DNA of 45,742 bases from positions 1 to 45,742 of the forward strand of contig CAZHMB010000003.1 in NCBI GenBank assembly GCA_964533515.1. The letters are read 5' to 3'. This stretch comes from Candidatus Woesearchaeota archaeon (GTDB lineage: Archaea; Nanobdellota; Nanobdellia; Pacearchaeales; GW2011-AR1). How positions within the stretch are numbered: the stretch's first letter is position 1; the number at the start of each line of letters is the position of its first letter. The notes under the pieces were generated by a model that ran no database searches, was not told the origin of the DNA, and worked only from the letters and a program-made list of their open reading frames with translations. Positions 8,916 through 17,646 of the stretch are shown here, one piece after another. Position numbers and translations under genes: made by a program.

Positions 8916-9200
8916 TTAATTAATAATGTTCCCCAACCCTCTGCCTAATGCATAGCCAATTCCAGTACAAACTGCTCCAGCAAAAGCTATATCTCTTTCA
9001 CTATTATCACCATAGTATTCCTTTCCAATTGTTAAACCAGCCAAAGCCCCGTAAGCTGTTGGGCCAATAAATGCAAAAGCTTCAACAATTTCGGGGTTAG
9101 AAATTCCTTTAGAAGCACAAAACCCATTAAAAAAGCCTGCACCTAAGCCTAATACTTCCGTACTTACAACTGCAATAATTTCTAATGTTTTCTTTTTCAT
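8916..9200 (-). CDS. Small glycine-rich membrane protein
   Basis: Gly/Ala-rich hydrophobic segments (VLGLGAGFFNGF, GALAGLTIG, AGAVCTGIGYALGRGLG) resemble a glycine zipper. No family recognised. Confidence 0.55.
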   Translation of the reverse strand: MKKKTLEIIAVVSTEVLGLGAGFFNGFCASKGISNPEIVEAFAFIGPTAYGALAGLTIGKEYYGDNSERDIAFAGAVCTGIGYALGRGLGNIIN

Positions 9201-9377
9201 CTCTGTTTAACCTCACTTAATTAGAACCCTTTTTAGTATATAAATCTTCCTATCTGTTACTCCTAAAGAGGTACAATAATGTTAAATGAAACTCCCTCTT
9301 CTAACTTTGTCTCCTACCTTCCCCCCTTCCCCATCCCCAGTAATAAACTTTTTAACCCCAAATTCTCTCATCCCAAC

Positions 9378-10511
9378 ATGCATTATCACATTATCCTAAC
9401 AGAACTTTGCAACAGCAAATGTAAATATTGTTATGAAAAATCAATGAAAGAATTCGACAACGATTTAGATAAAAAATTCCAATTTGATTTTTCTCAACCC
9501 ACAAAATCAGAAGTAAACATCAACAGATTAAAATCATTTCTTGAAAAAGATCCAAACCCCACTTTAATTTTCTACGGAGGCGAGCCCCTTCTTGAAATTG
9601 AAAGAATAAAAGAAATAATTGATGAATGCAAAGACATTTCAAATATAAAATTCAGGATACAAACAAATGGAAAACTTCTTGACAAACTTCCAATTGAATA
9701 TCTAAATCAAATAGGAAAAATGCTTGTTTCAATAGATGGCGACCAAGAAACAACAGATTACAATAGAGGGAAAGATACATACCAAAAAGTTGTGAAAAAC
9801 TTGCAAAAAGCCAAACAACAAGATTACAAAGAAGAAATAATTGCAAGAATGACTCTCTCAGCTTCAGACAAATTCCCCGATATTTTCAAACAGGTAAAAT
9901 TCTTAATAGAAGAATGCCCTGTAAAATTCCAAAGCATTCATTGGCAAATAGATGCGGGTTTTTATAAATTTGATTTTGATGAAGAAAAAATAAAAGGGTT
10001 TTTTCAAGCCTACAATAATTCCATTTCAAAATTAATTGATTATTGGATTGAAGAACTCCAAAAAGGAAACCTCCTAAAAATTTATCCTTTCCTCGGAATT
10101 GTAAATCGCCTTCTAGGGATAGATAATGAAACTTGTATACAATGCGGGGCAGGACAAAAAGGCTACGCCATAACAACAGATGGAAAAATAGTTGCGTGCC
10201 CAATTATGAACAGTATAAAAGATTTCGAAGCAGGAAATTTAAATAGTAAACCAGAAGAATTAAAGAAATTCGAGATTAAAGAATGCCAAAACTGCGATGT
10301 AAGGAAAATCTGTGGGGGTCGTTGCCTCTACTGGAGAAAATCAAATCTCTGGCCAAAAGAAGGTGATGAAATTATTTGCACTTCAATAAAACATTTAATT
10401 TCTGAATTAAAAAACCAATTACCGAAAATTCAAGAAGCAATTGATAAAAACATAATCTCAAAAAAAGATTTGGAATACGAAAAATACTTTGGTCCTGAGA
10501 TTATTCCTTAA
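9378..10511 (+). CDS. Radical SAM / SPASM-domain enzyme (peptide-maturase-like)
   Basis: CX3CX2C motif is CNSKCKYC. SPASM-type Cys clusters are CIQCGAGQKGYAITTDGKIVACP and CQNCDVRKICGGRCLY. From memory it resembles the archaeal AF0577-type family. The listed ORF starts at 9279 with a 33-aa Pro-rich in-frame extension. I prefer the ATG at 9378 (MHYHIILTELCNSKC). Confidence 0.85.
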   Translation: MHYHIILTELCNSKCKYCYEKSMKEFDNDLDKKFQFDFSQPTKSEVNINRLKSFLEKDPNPTLIFYGGEPLLEIERIKEIIDECKDISNIKFRIQTNGKLLDKLPIEYLNQIGKMLVSIDGDQETTDYNRGKDTYQKVVKNLQKAKQQDYKEEIIARMTLSASDKFPDIFKQVKFLIEECPVKFQSIHWQIDAGFYKFDFDEEKIKGFFQAYNNSISKLIDYWIEELQKGNLLKIYPFLGIVNRLLGIDNETCIQCGAGQKGYAITTDGKIVACPIMNSIKDFEAGNLNSKPEELKKFEIKECQNCDVRKICGGRCLYWRKSNLWPKEGDEIICTSIKHLISELKNQLPKIQEAIDKNIISKKDLEYEKYFGPEIIP

Positions 10512-10831
10512 TCTTCTTCAATTTTCTCGTATCTATCTTTATCCCTCTCGCATCTCGCACCAACAGTTTTTTTCCATGTTTCTTCTAAATTGATATTATG
10601 CGAATTTGCTAAACAGATCAGAGCAAACATAATGTCAGAAATCTCGCTCCCAATTTCACTTTCAGGATCCGCAGATTTCTTAACTCTTCCACCATGTTCA
10701 TTATTCAAAACTCTCGCAAGCTCCCCAGTTTCCTCAGATATCTGCGCCATAATTGACAGGGGTGGAAAGTATCCTACTTTAAGCAAACCAATCCAATCAT
10801 CAACTTGTTTCTGCATATCTTTAATTTCCAT
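10508..10831 (-). CDS. MazG-like nucleotide pyrophosphohydrolase
   Basis: EETGELARV...EIGSEISDIMFALICLAN gives the EExxE...ExxD helix pattern of small MazG/YpjD-type NTP-PPases. Confidence 0.75.
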   Translation of the reverse strand: MEIKDMQKQVDDWIGLLKVGYFPPLSIMAQISEETGELARVLNNEHGGRVKKSADPESEIGSEISDIMFALICLANSHNINLEETWKKTVGARCERDKDRYEKIEED

Positions 10832-10919
10832 AACAAGACTTAGATATCAAGGTTAATAAATTTTTCTAAGTAAACTTCAGTATACAAATCTTTAAAAATA
10901 ACTAATCGAGTTTCTTCTT

Positions 10920-11177
10920 ATGGAAAGAACGCCAGAGGGCTTACCCGTAGTTACTGAAGAAACTTTTATGGATTTTCTAGAAAATTATGATCTTGGCTCA
11001 GCTAAAAATGATCCTGCTGTAACACGCAGGATAGAAGGGGAAAATCCAGAAGTCCACAGAATTCTAAGGCTTGGGATAGAAAACGCTCCAAGTAAAGAAG
11101 CAAAAACTTATTTCGAATGTGGTATTCAAATTTGTTATGAATTACTCAGAAGACAAAGCGGACAAGGAAATCCTTAA
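10920..11177 (+). CDS. Orphan protein (85 aa)
   Basis: Isolated ORF of plausible composition. No family recognised. Confidence 0.45.
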   Translation: MERTPEGLPVVTEETFMDFLENYDLGSAKNDPAVTRRIEGENPEVHRILRLGIENAPSKEAKTYFECGIQICYELLRRQSGQGNP

Positions 11178-11188
11178 AAACTTATCCC

Positions 11189-12046
11189 CTAAAAAACAAA
11201 CTGCCTAAAATTAACATAAACTATACACAAAACAATTACAATTGAAGCTACAATATTTCTCCAACTTATTTTCTCTTTCAAAAATATCCTCGCAAAAGTG
11301 TAAACAAAGACCGGAGCAAGCAACAAAATCAAAGTTGTAAAAACAACTCCCCAATTCTGGTATCCCCAATAGGCCAAAACCCGATAAGTTATCCACAACG
11401 CAGAAATCAATAAAATAGTCCATCTTTCTTTGACCCCTATTTCCTTGAATATCTTTTTGGGCCTAAAAATTACTAAGGCAATAATACCAACAAATAAAGA
11501 CCTAACAAAATACAACGAAAGAGGAGAATAAAATTCTAAGATCATTTTAGATAAAATAATTTCAATCGCAAAGAACAAACTACCCAAAATTCCGGATACA
11601 AGATATTTATTAAAATGAATGTGATGCTTTTTGATATGTGAAGCAACAAGGGCTACAGCAGCAATCAGCGTGGGAATCAAAATCAAAGGATCTCTTTCAG
11701 ATTCGAAAAAAGCAAAAGCCAGTAAAATAACAAAGACGGGCTCGAGAAGTTTGACCGGCTCTAGATTATTCAACTTCTCCCACTTGATCGCATAATATGC
11801 AAAGATATTCGCAGCGACGGAAAAGATAACCACCAAAGCCAAAATTAAAAGATTCCTCAACTCCCAAGCTTGAGGATCTATGCGACCATAGAAAAACAAC
11901 AAAGGAATCATCAAAAGAACCATCGGAATAAAAGTGGCAACAATAAAATGTTTGAAATTAACTTTTTTCTCACGCAAGATAATTTTCTCAAAAAGCAAGC
12001 CTCCAGACGACGCTAATGCCCCAATCAATAAAATCCAAATCAACAT
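11189..12046 (-). CDS. EamA/DMT-superfamily transporter
   Basis: About 10 hydrophobic helices arranged as two similar halves over 285 aa, which is typical EamA architecture. Confidence 0.75.
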   Translation of the reverse strand: MLIWILLIGALASSGGLLFEKIILREKKVNFKHFIVATFIPMVLLMIPLLFFYGRIDPQAWELRNLLILALVVIFSVAANIFAYYAIKWEKLNNLEPVKLLEPVFVILLAFAFFESERDPLILIPTLIAAVALVASHIKKHHIHFNKYLVSGILGSLFFAIEIILSKMILEFYSPLSLYFVRSLFVGIIALVIFRPKKIFKEIGVKERWTILLISALWITYRVLAYWGYQNWGVVFTTLILLLAPVFVYTFARIFLKEKISWRNIVASIVIVLCIVYVNFRQFVF

Positions 12047-12122
12047 CTTTTTATTTTCTCCTCAATATAATCAGAACAAAAGGAATTTAAAAACCTTTAT
12101 AAACCTAAAATCCCCTTTTTAA

Positions 12123-12719
12123 ATGAATAAAATGGTAGCGAAGAAAAAATCTCCAGCAAAATCTTCTAAAAAATCAAGTTATAAAATTCAAAACATAGTT
12201 GCAACAACTTCTCTTGGAAAACCTGTTCCTTTAACAAAACTTGCAAGAACCCAACCCAACACTGAATATAATCCAGAAACTTTTCCAGGGTTGGTTTTAA
12301 GAATCAAAGAACCAAAATCGGCAGTCCTTGTTTTCTCCTCGGGAAATCTTGTTTGCACTGGAACAAAATCAACCGCACAAGTTAAAGCAGTTGTCCAAGA
12401 AGTTATAAAACAACTTAAAAAGATAAACGTAAAAATCACAACAAAACCAAAAATCACTGTCCAAAATATCGTAGCTTCGGGAACAATCAACTTGAAACTT
12501 AACCTAAACTTTTTGGCTTTAGAAATGGATAATACAGAATACGAACCGGAACAATTCCCCGGACTTGTTTACAAACTCGATGAACCCAACGCAACTTTCC
12601 TACTTTTCACAAACGGAAAACTTGTTTGCACAGGAACAAAAAACAGACAACAGCTTGAAGACAGCATGAAACAACTTCTGAAAAAAGTTAAAGAAGCTTT
12701 GAAGAATTATAAAAAATAA
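12123..12719 (+). CDS. tbp: TATA-box binding protein
   Basis: Two direct repeats: IQNIVATTSLGKPVPL...EYNPETFPGLVLRIKEPKSAVLVFSSGNLVCTG and VQNIVASGTINLKLNL...EYEPEQFPGLVYKLDEPNATFLLFTNGKLVCTG. There is a Lys-rich N-terminal extension. Confidence 0.96.
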   Translation: MNKMVAKKKSPAKSSKKSSYKIQNIVATTSLGKPVPLTKLARTQPNTEYNPETFPGLVLRIKEPKSAVLVFSSGNLVCTGTKSTAQVKAVVQEVIKQLKKINVKITTKPKITVQNIVASGTINLKLNLNFLALEMDNTEYEPEQFPGLVYKLDEPNATFLLFTNGKLVCTGTKNRQQLEDSMKQLLKKVKEALKNYKK

Positions 12720-12833
12720 TTCTCTTTCTTATTCCCACCATCTCACCCAAACCTAACCTCTTTTTATCTTATCACCCCAACACATTCTTCTCACCACAAT
12801 AAACTATAAAAACTAGCTCTCTCAACTTTCTTT

Positions 12834-14921
12834 ATGGCAAAAGAGACAAGTGAGGAAACGGAAACTGAATTCCAGGAATCGGGCGAAGAACAACGGACTT
12901 CTGAAAAACATCAAAGATCAAAAAACGACGACTTAATCACTGAAGCAAAAGGCTTCTTCAACACTTACAAAAAAGAACTCGGACAATCTTTAAGAAAAGG
13001 CGACAAAGCAATCTACCTTGACTTCATGAAGCTAACAGAATATTCAAGCAAAATAGCTGAAGAAATCCTTTCACATCCTGAAGAAACTCTAAGAATGATG
13101 GAAGTCGCAATCGAAGAATCGGGCCTAGTCAAAGATATAAGAATCCGTTTGTTCGGCTTGCCTTCAGGACACGACGTAAAGATCAGAAACATCCGTTCAA
13201 GACATCTAAACGAATTAATAGTAATAGAAGGCCTCGTCCGTCAAGCTTCAGATGTCCGACCCCAAGTTGTAAATGCAAAATTCGAATGCCCCAGTTGTGG
13301 AACAATAATCTCGGTCCTACAAATAGAGAAAAAGTTCAGAGAACCCTCAAGATGCTCCTGCGGAAGAAGAGGCGGATTCAAATTAATTTCCAAAAGTATG
13401 GTAGACACCCAAAGACTCGTTATAGAAGAATCTCCTGAAAATTTAACTGGTGGTGAACAGCCAAAAAGAATGAACATTTTCGTAAAAGAAGATTTGGTCG
13501 AACCACACATGGAAGAGAAAACAACACCGGGTAGCAAAGTAAAAGCGGTCGGAATTTTAAAAGAAGTTCCCGTGCCATTACCAACTGGGGGTCTATCAAC
13601 AAGATTCGAACTCGCAATTGAAGCAAACAATTTAATCCCCCTTGAAGAAACTTTTGAAGACCTAGATATCTCAGAAGAAGACGAGCAACAAATTCTAGAA
13701 CTTTCACAAGATCCTAAAATATTCGACAAATTAGCAACAAGCCTTTCACCAAATATCTGGGGATATGAAGAAATAAAAAAATCGCTTGTTTTACAATTAT
13801 TCGGCGGCGTCAAAAAAATCCACAAGTCCGGAGCGAGATCAAGAGGAGATATGCATATTCTTTTAGTCGGAGACCCCGGAGTAGCAAAAAGTCAGATGCT
13901 TGAATTCATGGCCAAGATTTCTCCAAAGGGAAGATATGTCGTCGGTAAATCCACATCGGGAGCAGGTTTAACCGCAACGGTTGTCCGAGACGAATATCTA
14001 AAAGGTTGGTCATTAGAAGCAGGAGCAATGGTCCTAGCGAACAAAGGACTCGTCTGTATTGACGAATTAGAAAAAATGGACCCCCAAGATCGAAGTGCAA
14101 TGCATGAAGCCCTGGAACAACAAACAGTTACAATCTCAAAAGCAAATGTTCAAGCAAGCTTAAGAGCTGAAACTTCTGTTCTCGCAGCAGCAAACCCAAA
14201 ATTCGGAAGATTCGACCCCTACCAAGCAATCGCCCAACAAATTGAATTGCCTCCAACATTGATCAATCGTTTCGATATAATTTTCACAATGCGTGACGTG
14301 CCAGACAAAAAGAAAGACGAGATGATCGCAAGCCATGTTTTACATGAACATCAAGAATCGGGAGGGGACATGTTGATAGAAAGAGAATTATTCAGAAAAT
14401 ACGCCGCATATGCAAAACAGAGAGTCAAACCAGAATTAACAACCGAAGCATCAAACGAGTTAAAAAAATTCTATGTCAATTTAAGAAACAGACCAGTCGC
14501 ATCTGAAGCCGCATTAAGACCGATTCCTATTTCAGCCCGTCAACTGGGGGCCCTAATTCGTATGTCCGAGGCATCAGCAAAAATCAGATTAAGCGAAAAA
14601 GTCACAAAAGAAGACGCGATAATCTCAATTGAATTGATGAAATACTACTTAATGCAAGTGGGTTATGATTACGAAAGCAAAAGTTTTGACATAGACCGAA
14701 TAGCCTCCAAAGTGACCTCAAGTCAAAGAGGAAAAATTATGAATGTCAAAGAAGCAATAACTGAACTCGAAGGAAAAATAGGGAAATTAATCCCCATCGA
14801 AGAAATTGAAAAAGAACTTGAAGGCAAGATGACAAAAGATGAAATAGACGAAGCAATCACAAAGTTAAACTCCGCGGGGGATATTTTCAAACCTCGAAGA
14901 GGTTACGTCCAGAAGATGTGA
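12834..14921 (+). CDS. mcm: MCM replicative helicase
   Basis: Zinc finger CPSCG...CSCG, Walker A GDPGVAKSQ, Walker B CIDELEKM and arginine finger region SVLAAANP...RFD. C-terminal winged helix. Length 695 aa. Confidence 0.97.
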   Translation: MAKETSEETETEFQESGEEQRTSEKHQRSKNDDLITEAKGFFNTYKKELGQSLRKGDKAIYLDFMKLTEYSSKIAEEILSHPEETLRMMEVAIEESGLVKDIRIRLFGLPSGHDVKIRNIRSRHLNELIVIEGLVRQASDVRPQVVNAKFECPSCGTIISVLQIEKKFREPSRCSCGRRGGFKLISKSMVDTQRLVIEESPENLTGGEQPKRMNIFVKEDLVEPHMEEKTTPGSKVKAVGILKEVPVPLPTGGLSTRFELAIEANNLIPLEETFEDLDISEEDEQQILELSQDPKIFDKLATSLSPNIWGYEEIKKSLVLQLFGGVKKIHKSGARSRGDMHILLVGDPGVAKSQMLEFMAKISPKGRYVVGKSTSGAGLTATVVRDEYLKGWSLEAGAMVLANKGLVCIDELEKMDPQDRSAMHEALEQQTVTISKANVQASLRAETSVLAAANPKFGRFDPYQAIAQQIELPPTLINRFDIIFTMRDVPDKKKDEMIASHVLHEHQESGGDMLIERELFRKYAAYAKQRVKPELTTEASNELKKFYVNLRNRPVASEAALRPIPISARQLGALIRMSEASAKIRLSEKVTKEDAIISIELMKYYLMQVGYDYESKSFDIDRIASKVTSSQRGKIMNVKEAITELEGKIGKLIPIEEIEKELEGKMTKDEIDEAITKLNSAGDIFKPRRGYVQKM

Positions 14922-14929
14922 AAGCAAAA

Positions 14930-15180
14930 TCAACTACTTCTTTTCTGCCTTCCAGATTTTTTTGGCCTTTTCGCTCGTAGTTCATTCAACCTTCCCCGTT
15001 CTTGTTCTATAAAACTCTGAACATCATCTAACAATTCTCTGACCCCATCATAGACAGGAAGACTTTCAGGAAGAACAAATTCTGTTCTAAAAACCTTCCA
15101 TCAGGGGTAGAATAATCAACTCTTCTACCATGAGTTAATAAATAACCTTGCAAAGCAACCGCACCGCGGGAAATTCCCAT
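14930..15180 (-). pseudogene. Frameshifted small gene remnant downstream of mcm
   Basis: ATG 15180 opens MGISRGAVALQGYLLTHGRRVDYSTPDGRFLEQNLFFLKVFLSMMGSENC*, which stops at 15028. The +1 frame continues without a start codon as ...LPESLPVYDGVRELLDDVQSFIEQERGRLNELRAKRPKKSGRQKRSS*, ending at 14930. The frame switch lies around TTGTTCTTCCTG. Confidence 0.3.
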
Positions 15181-15280
15181 GATATAAATTAGTGACAAGC
15201 TTTTTTAAATATTTATATTCTTAAGATAATTCCAACAACACCCCAACAAAACTTATAAACCCCTATTTATTTTACAAAAC

Positions 15281-16108
15281 ATGCCAGAAGAAAATTCGCC
15301 AAATAAAAATATTGAAGCGCCTATAAGTCCTACCTTCCAAAAAGACCCAACCCCTCAACAAACCCCTCAAACACCTTCTACTCCAACTCCCGTATCTCCA
15401 ACAAATCCAACCCCCACAGCCCCTGCAACACCTCAACAAACTTCTTCAAATTATTCAAATCCAAATGCCACTTCAGACAACCAATTCAAAAGAGGAATTG
15501 CTTACAAATTAAGAATTGGTGAAATCCTAGTCGGCAAACCTTTCATCGACCCATCAACTCAAAGATTCAATTTTCTTGAATTAGGAGACAAAAAAGTAAC
15601 AAGAGTTAATGCCATAGGAAATATTGTTGACAAATACGAAAACCCCGGAGAAAAGAACTACATCTTTTTCACATTAGACGACGGCTCAGGCCAACTCAAA
15701 GTAAGGGCCTTCGGTGATGACGCAGATAAATTCAAAGATGTAAATCAAGGACAAACAGTAGTAGTCATAGGAAAACTTAGACAATTCAACGACGAAGTTT
15801 ACGTGACTCCGGAGATAATAAAAGAAAAGGATCCGAAATATCTTTTAGTCAGAAAAAAAGAAACTGAAAAAGAAAAATCAGAAGCCGTCGGCCCAGTTGA
15901 AAAGTCACAAGTCACAGCGATAAAAGATAAAATTCTCGACCTAATAAAAAAATCGGAAGATCAAGGCGGGATAGACATAGACCAAATAATAATGTCTCAA
16001 GAACTTACAGAGGGAAGTCCAGAAATAATCAATCAAGAGGTCAAAAAGATGATTGAAGAGGGGATAATTTTTGAGCCTCGTCCTGGAAAGCTTAGGTGGC
16101 TCGGCTGA
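15281..16108 (+). CDS. RPA-like single-stranded-DNA-binding protein (OB fold plus C-terminal winged helix)
   Basis: The N-terminus is low-complexity and P/T/Q-rich. The OB-fold core is VNAIGNIVDKYENPGEKNYIFFTLDDGSGQLKVRAFGD...VVVIGKLRQFNDEVYV. The C-terminal wH ends in EEGIIFEPRPGKLRWL. It lies directly after mcm. Confidence 0.7.
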   Translation: MPEENSPNKNIEAPISPTFQKDPTPQQTPQTPSTPTPVSPTNPTPTAPATPQQTSSNYSNPNATSDNQFKRGIAYKLRIGEILVGKPFIDPSTQRFNFLELGDKKVTRVNAIGNIVDKYENPGEKNYIFFTLDDGSGQLKVRAFGDDADKFKDVNQGQTVVVIGKLRQFNDEVYVTPEIIKEKDPKYLLVRKKETEKEKSEAVGPVEKSQVTAIKDKILDLIKKSEDQGGIDIDQIIMSQELTEGSPEIINQEVKKMIEEGIIFEPRPGKLRWLG

Positions 16109-16185
16109 GCTTTCTATTTCTCCTACCTGGAAAATTGAGATGGTTGGGTTAGATTTTTAAAGTATTCTAAGTTTACTTGTTCATA

Positions 16186-17133
16186 ATGGTAAAAATATTA
16201 GTTATTGGTGATCTACACGGAAGAACACCGAAAATCCACACTAAAGATTTTGATGGCATAGCTTGTGTGGGGGATTTTGGAAACGATAAAGAGATAGCCC
16301 CGTATTACAAAAAAATGTTCAAGGAGCTTAAAAAAAATCCCGAAGCAGACACTGACATAAATCAAATAATTCTAAATTCAGTAGGGAAAAAAGAATTCGA
16401 GGCGATGCATAAAAGATCTCTGAAAAAAGGGAATAAAATATTAAAATATCTCGATAGTTTTGGGAAACCAATCTTTCTAGTCGCAGGAAACTGGGACCAA
16501 AGCTACGGCCCAAGTAGAATCAAAGACCTATCCAAAAGCGATTACAATTACCTAAAATCTTTTTCTGATTGGTTCCTCGGAGATAAGATCAATCCGATTA
16601 TAACCAAAGGTTGTAAAAATATAAAAAATTGCATGTTCAAATTACACAAATCCAACAACCTTAACTTTGTTGGTTACGGCCTATCAAGTGGGCCAGAAAA
16701 AAAGACCAAATCAAGTAAAAGGGGCTCTAATCTAACCTTCACAAAAACAGAATATAAAAAACTACAAAAAGCCCATGACAAAATAAAAAACAAATTAGAA
16801 AAAGCCTACAAAAAAAGAGATAAAAAATTTCCAACCTTTTTCATAACTCACAACATCCCCTACAAAACAAAATTAGACAAGATAAATCACAAAGGTTCCT
16901 ACGCCCATGGAAAACACAACGGAAGCACGATTGCAAGAGATTTTTGCACGAAACACCAGCCCCTAATTTGTATCGGAGGGCATATCCATGAAGGCATAGG
17001 AAAAGACAAAATTAAAAAAACAACAATCATAAATCCTGGCTTCGGACAAAATGCACAAGTTCTAGTTGAAATTGACGAACAAAAAAACAAGATCAAGAAG
17101 ATAAAGTTTTTTGAAAAGAAAACCCAAAAATAA
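16186..17133 (+). CDS. Calcineurin-like metallophosphoesterase
   Basis: Motifs ILVIGDLHG, VGDFGN, AGNWD and GGHIHEG. The listed ORF starts at TTG 16177; the ATG at 16186 is preferred. Confidence 0.8.
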   Translation: MVKILVIGDLHGRTPKIHTKDFDGIACVGDFGNDKEIAPYYKKMFKELKKNPEADTDINQIILNSVGKKEFEAMHKRSLKKGNKILKYLDSFGKPIFLVAGNWDQSYGPSRIKDLSKSDYNYLKSFSDWFLGDKINPIITKGCKNIKNCMFKLHKSNNLNFVGYGLSSGPEKKTKSSKRGSNLTFTKTEYKKLQKAHDKIKNKLEKAYKKRDKKFPTFFITHNIPYKTKLDKINHKGSYAHGKHNGSTIARDFCTKHQPLICIGGHIHEGIGKDKIKKTTIINPGFGQNAQVLVEIDEQKNKIKKIKFFEKKTQK

Positions 17134-17191
17134 TCCCCTCTAATTTCTTCCCATCAAAACTTTTATTAACCTCCCCCTCATTAATACAAAC

Positions 17192-17467
17192 ATGGCAAAC
17201 ACATTCATATGGCACCATGTTTCAGAAGATGAAAAGAAAGAAATCCAAAAAGAAGCAAAAACTGTTCTCGATGACTTTTCAAAAAAGCTTTCTAAACTTC
17301 CAGAAAACAAATTAAAAGAACCTTTAATAGAAAGACAAGAATCTGAAAGAGAAGAAAATTCATCAACTGCTCAAGAAATAGACAAAAAAATTATGTTTAG
17401 CAATGCCCCTAAAACAAACAAAGAAAACCAAACAATTGTCGCTGAAAAAATGAGCTGGGATAATTAA
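17192..17467 (+). CDS. GatC-like small protein (tentative)
   Basis: HVSEDEKKEIQKEAKTVLDDFSKKLSKL ... IMFSNAPKTNKENQTIVAEK parallels the GatC consensus (helical N-terminus, then NAP...hVP-like end). Assigned from memory only. Confidence 0.35.
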   Translation: MANTFIWHHVSEDEKKEIQKEAKTVLDDFSKKLSKLPENKLKEPLIERQESEREENSSTAQEIDKKIMFSNAPKTNKENQTIVAEKMSWDN

Positions 17468-17540
17468 TTAAGATATCAAGTGAACATTAGTTCTTTAAAC
17501 AATCTGCAATATTTCAGCCCAGAGTTTGAAAAATTCTTTA

Positions 17541-17646
17541 CCATTAATTTCGCCGACCATTTGCCGAAAGACAAATCTTATTCCTTCGGCGATTGCCTTA
17601 AGTGGAGCTTTCTGACAAAGTCGAAAGCGGAGCGACTACATTAAAA
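17541..17646. repeat. Intergenic hairpin element, copy A (with a 47-nt internal insertion)
   Basis: CCATTAATTT ... TTAAGTGGA-GCTTTC-TGACAAAGTC-GAAAGC-GGAGCGACTACATTAAAA. It abuts the stop of dys (17647). It shares the left box, stem and GGAGCG right box with copies at 21510 and 45260. Confidence 0.7.

Noticed and set aside
13241-13825. Listed 194-aa antisense ORF inside mcm, plus similar antisense ORFs inside ths, alaS, tfe and the radical SAM gene
   Set aside because: These lie fully inside confidently identified genes on the opposite strand. Their composition is typical of antisense shadows, and none carries a motif.
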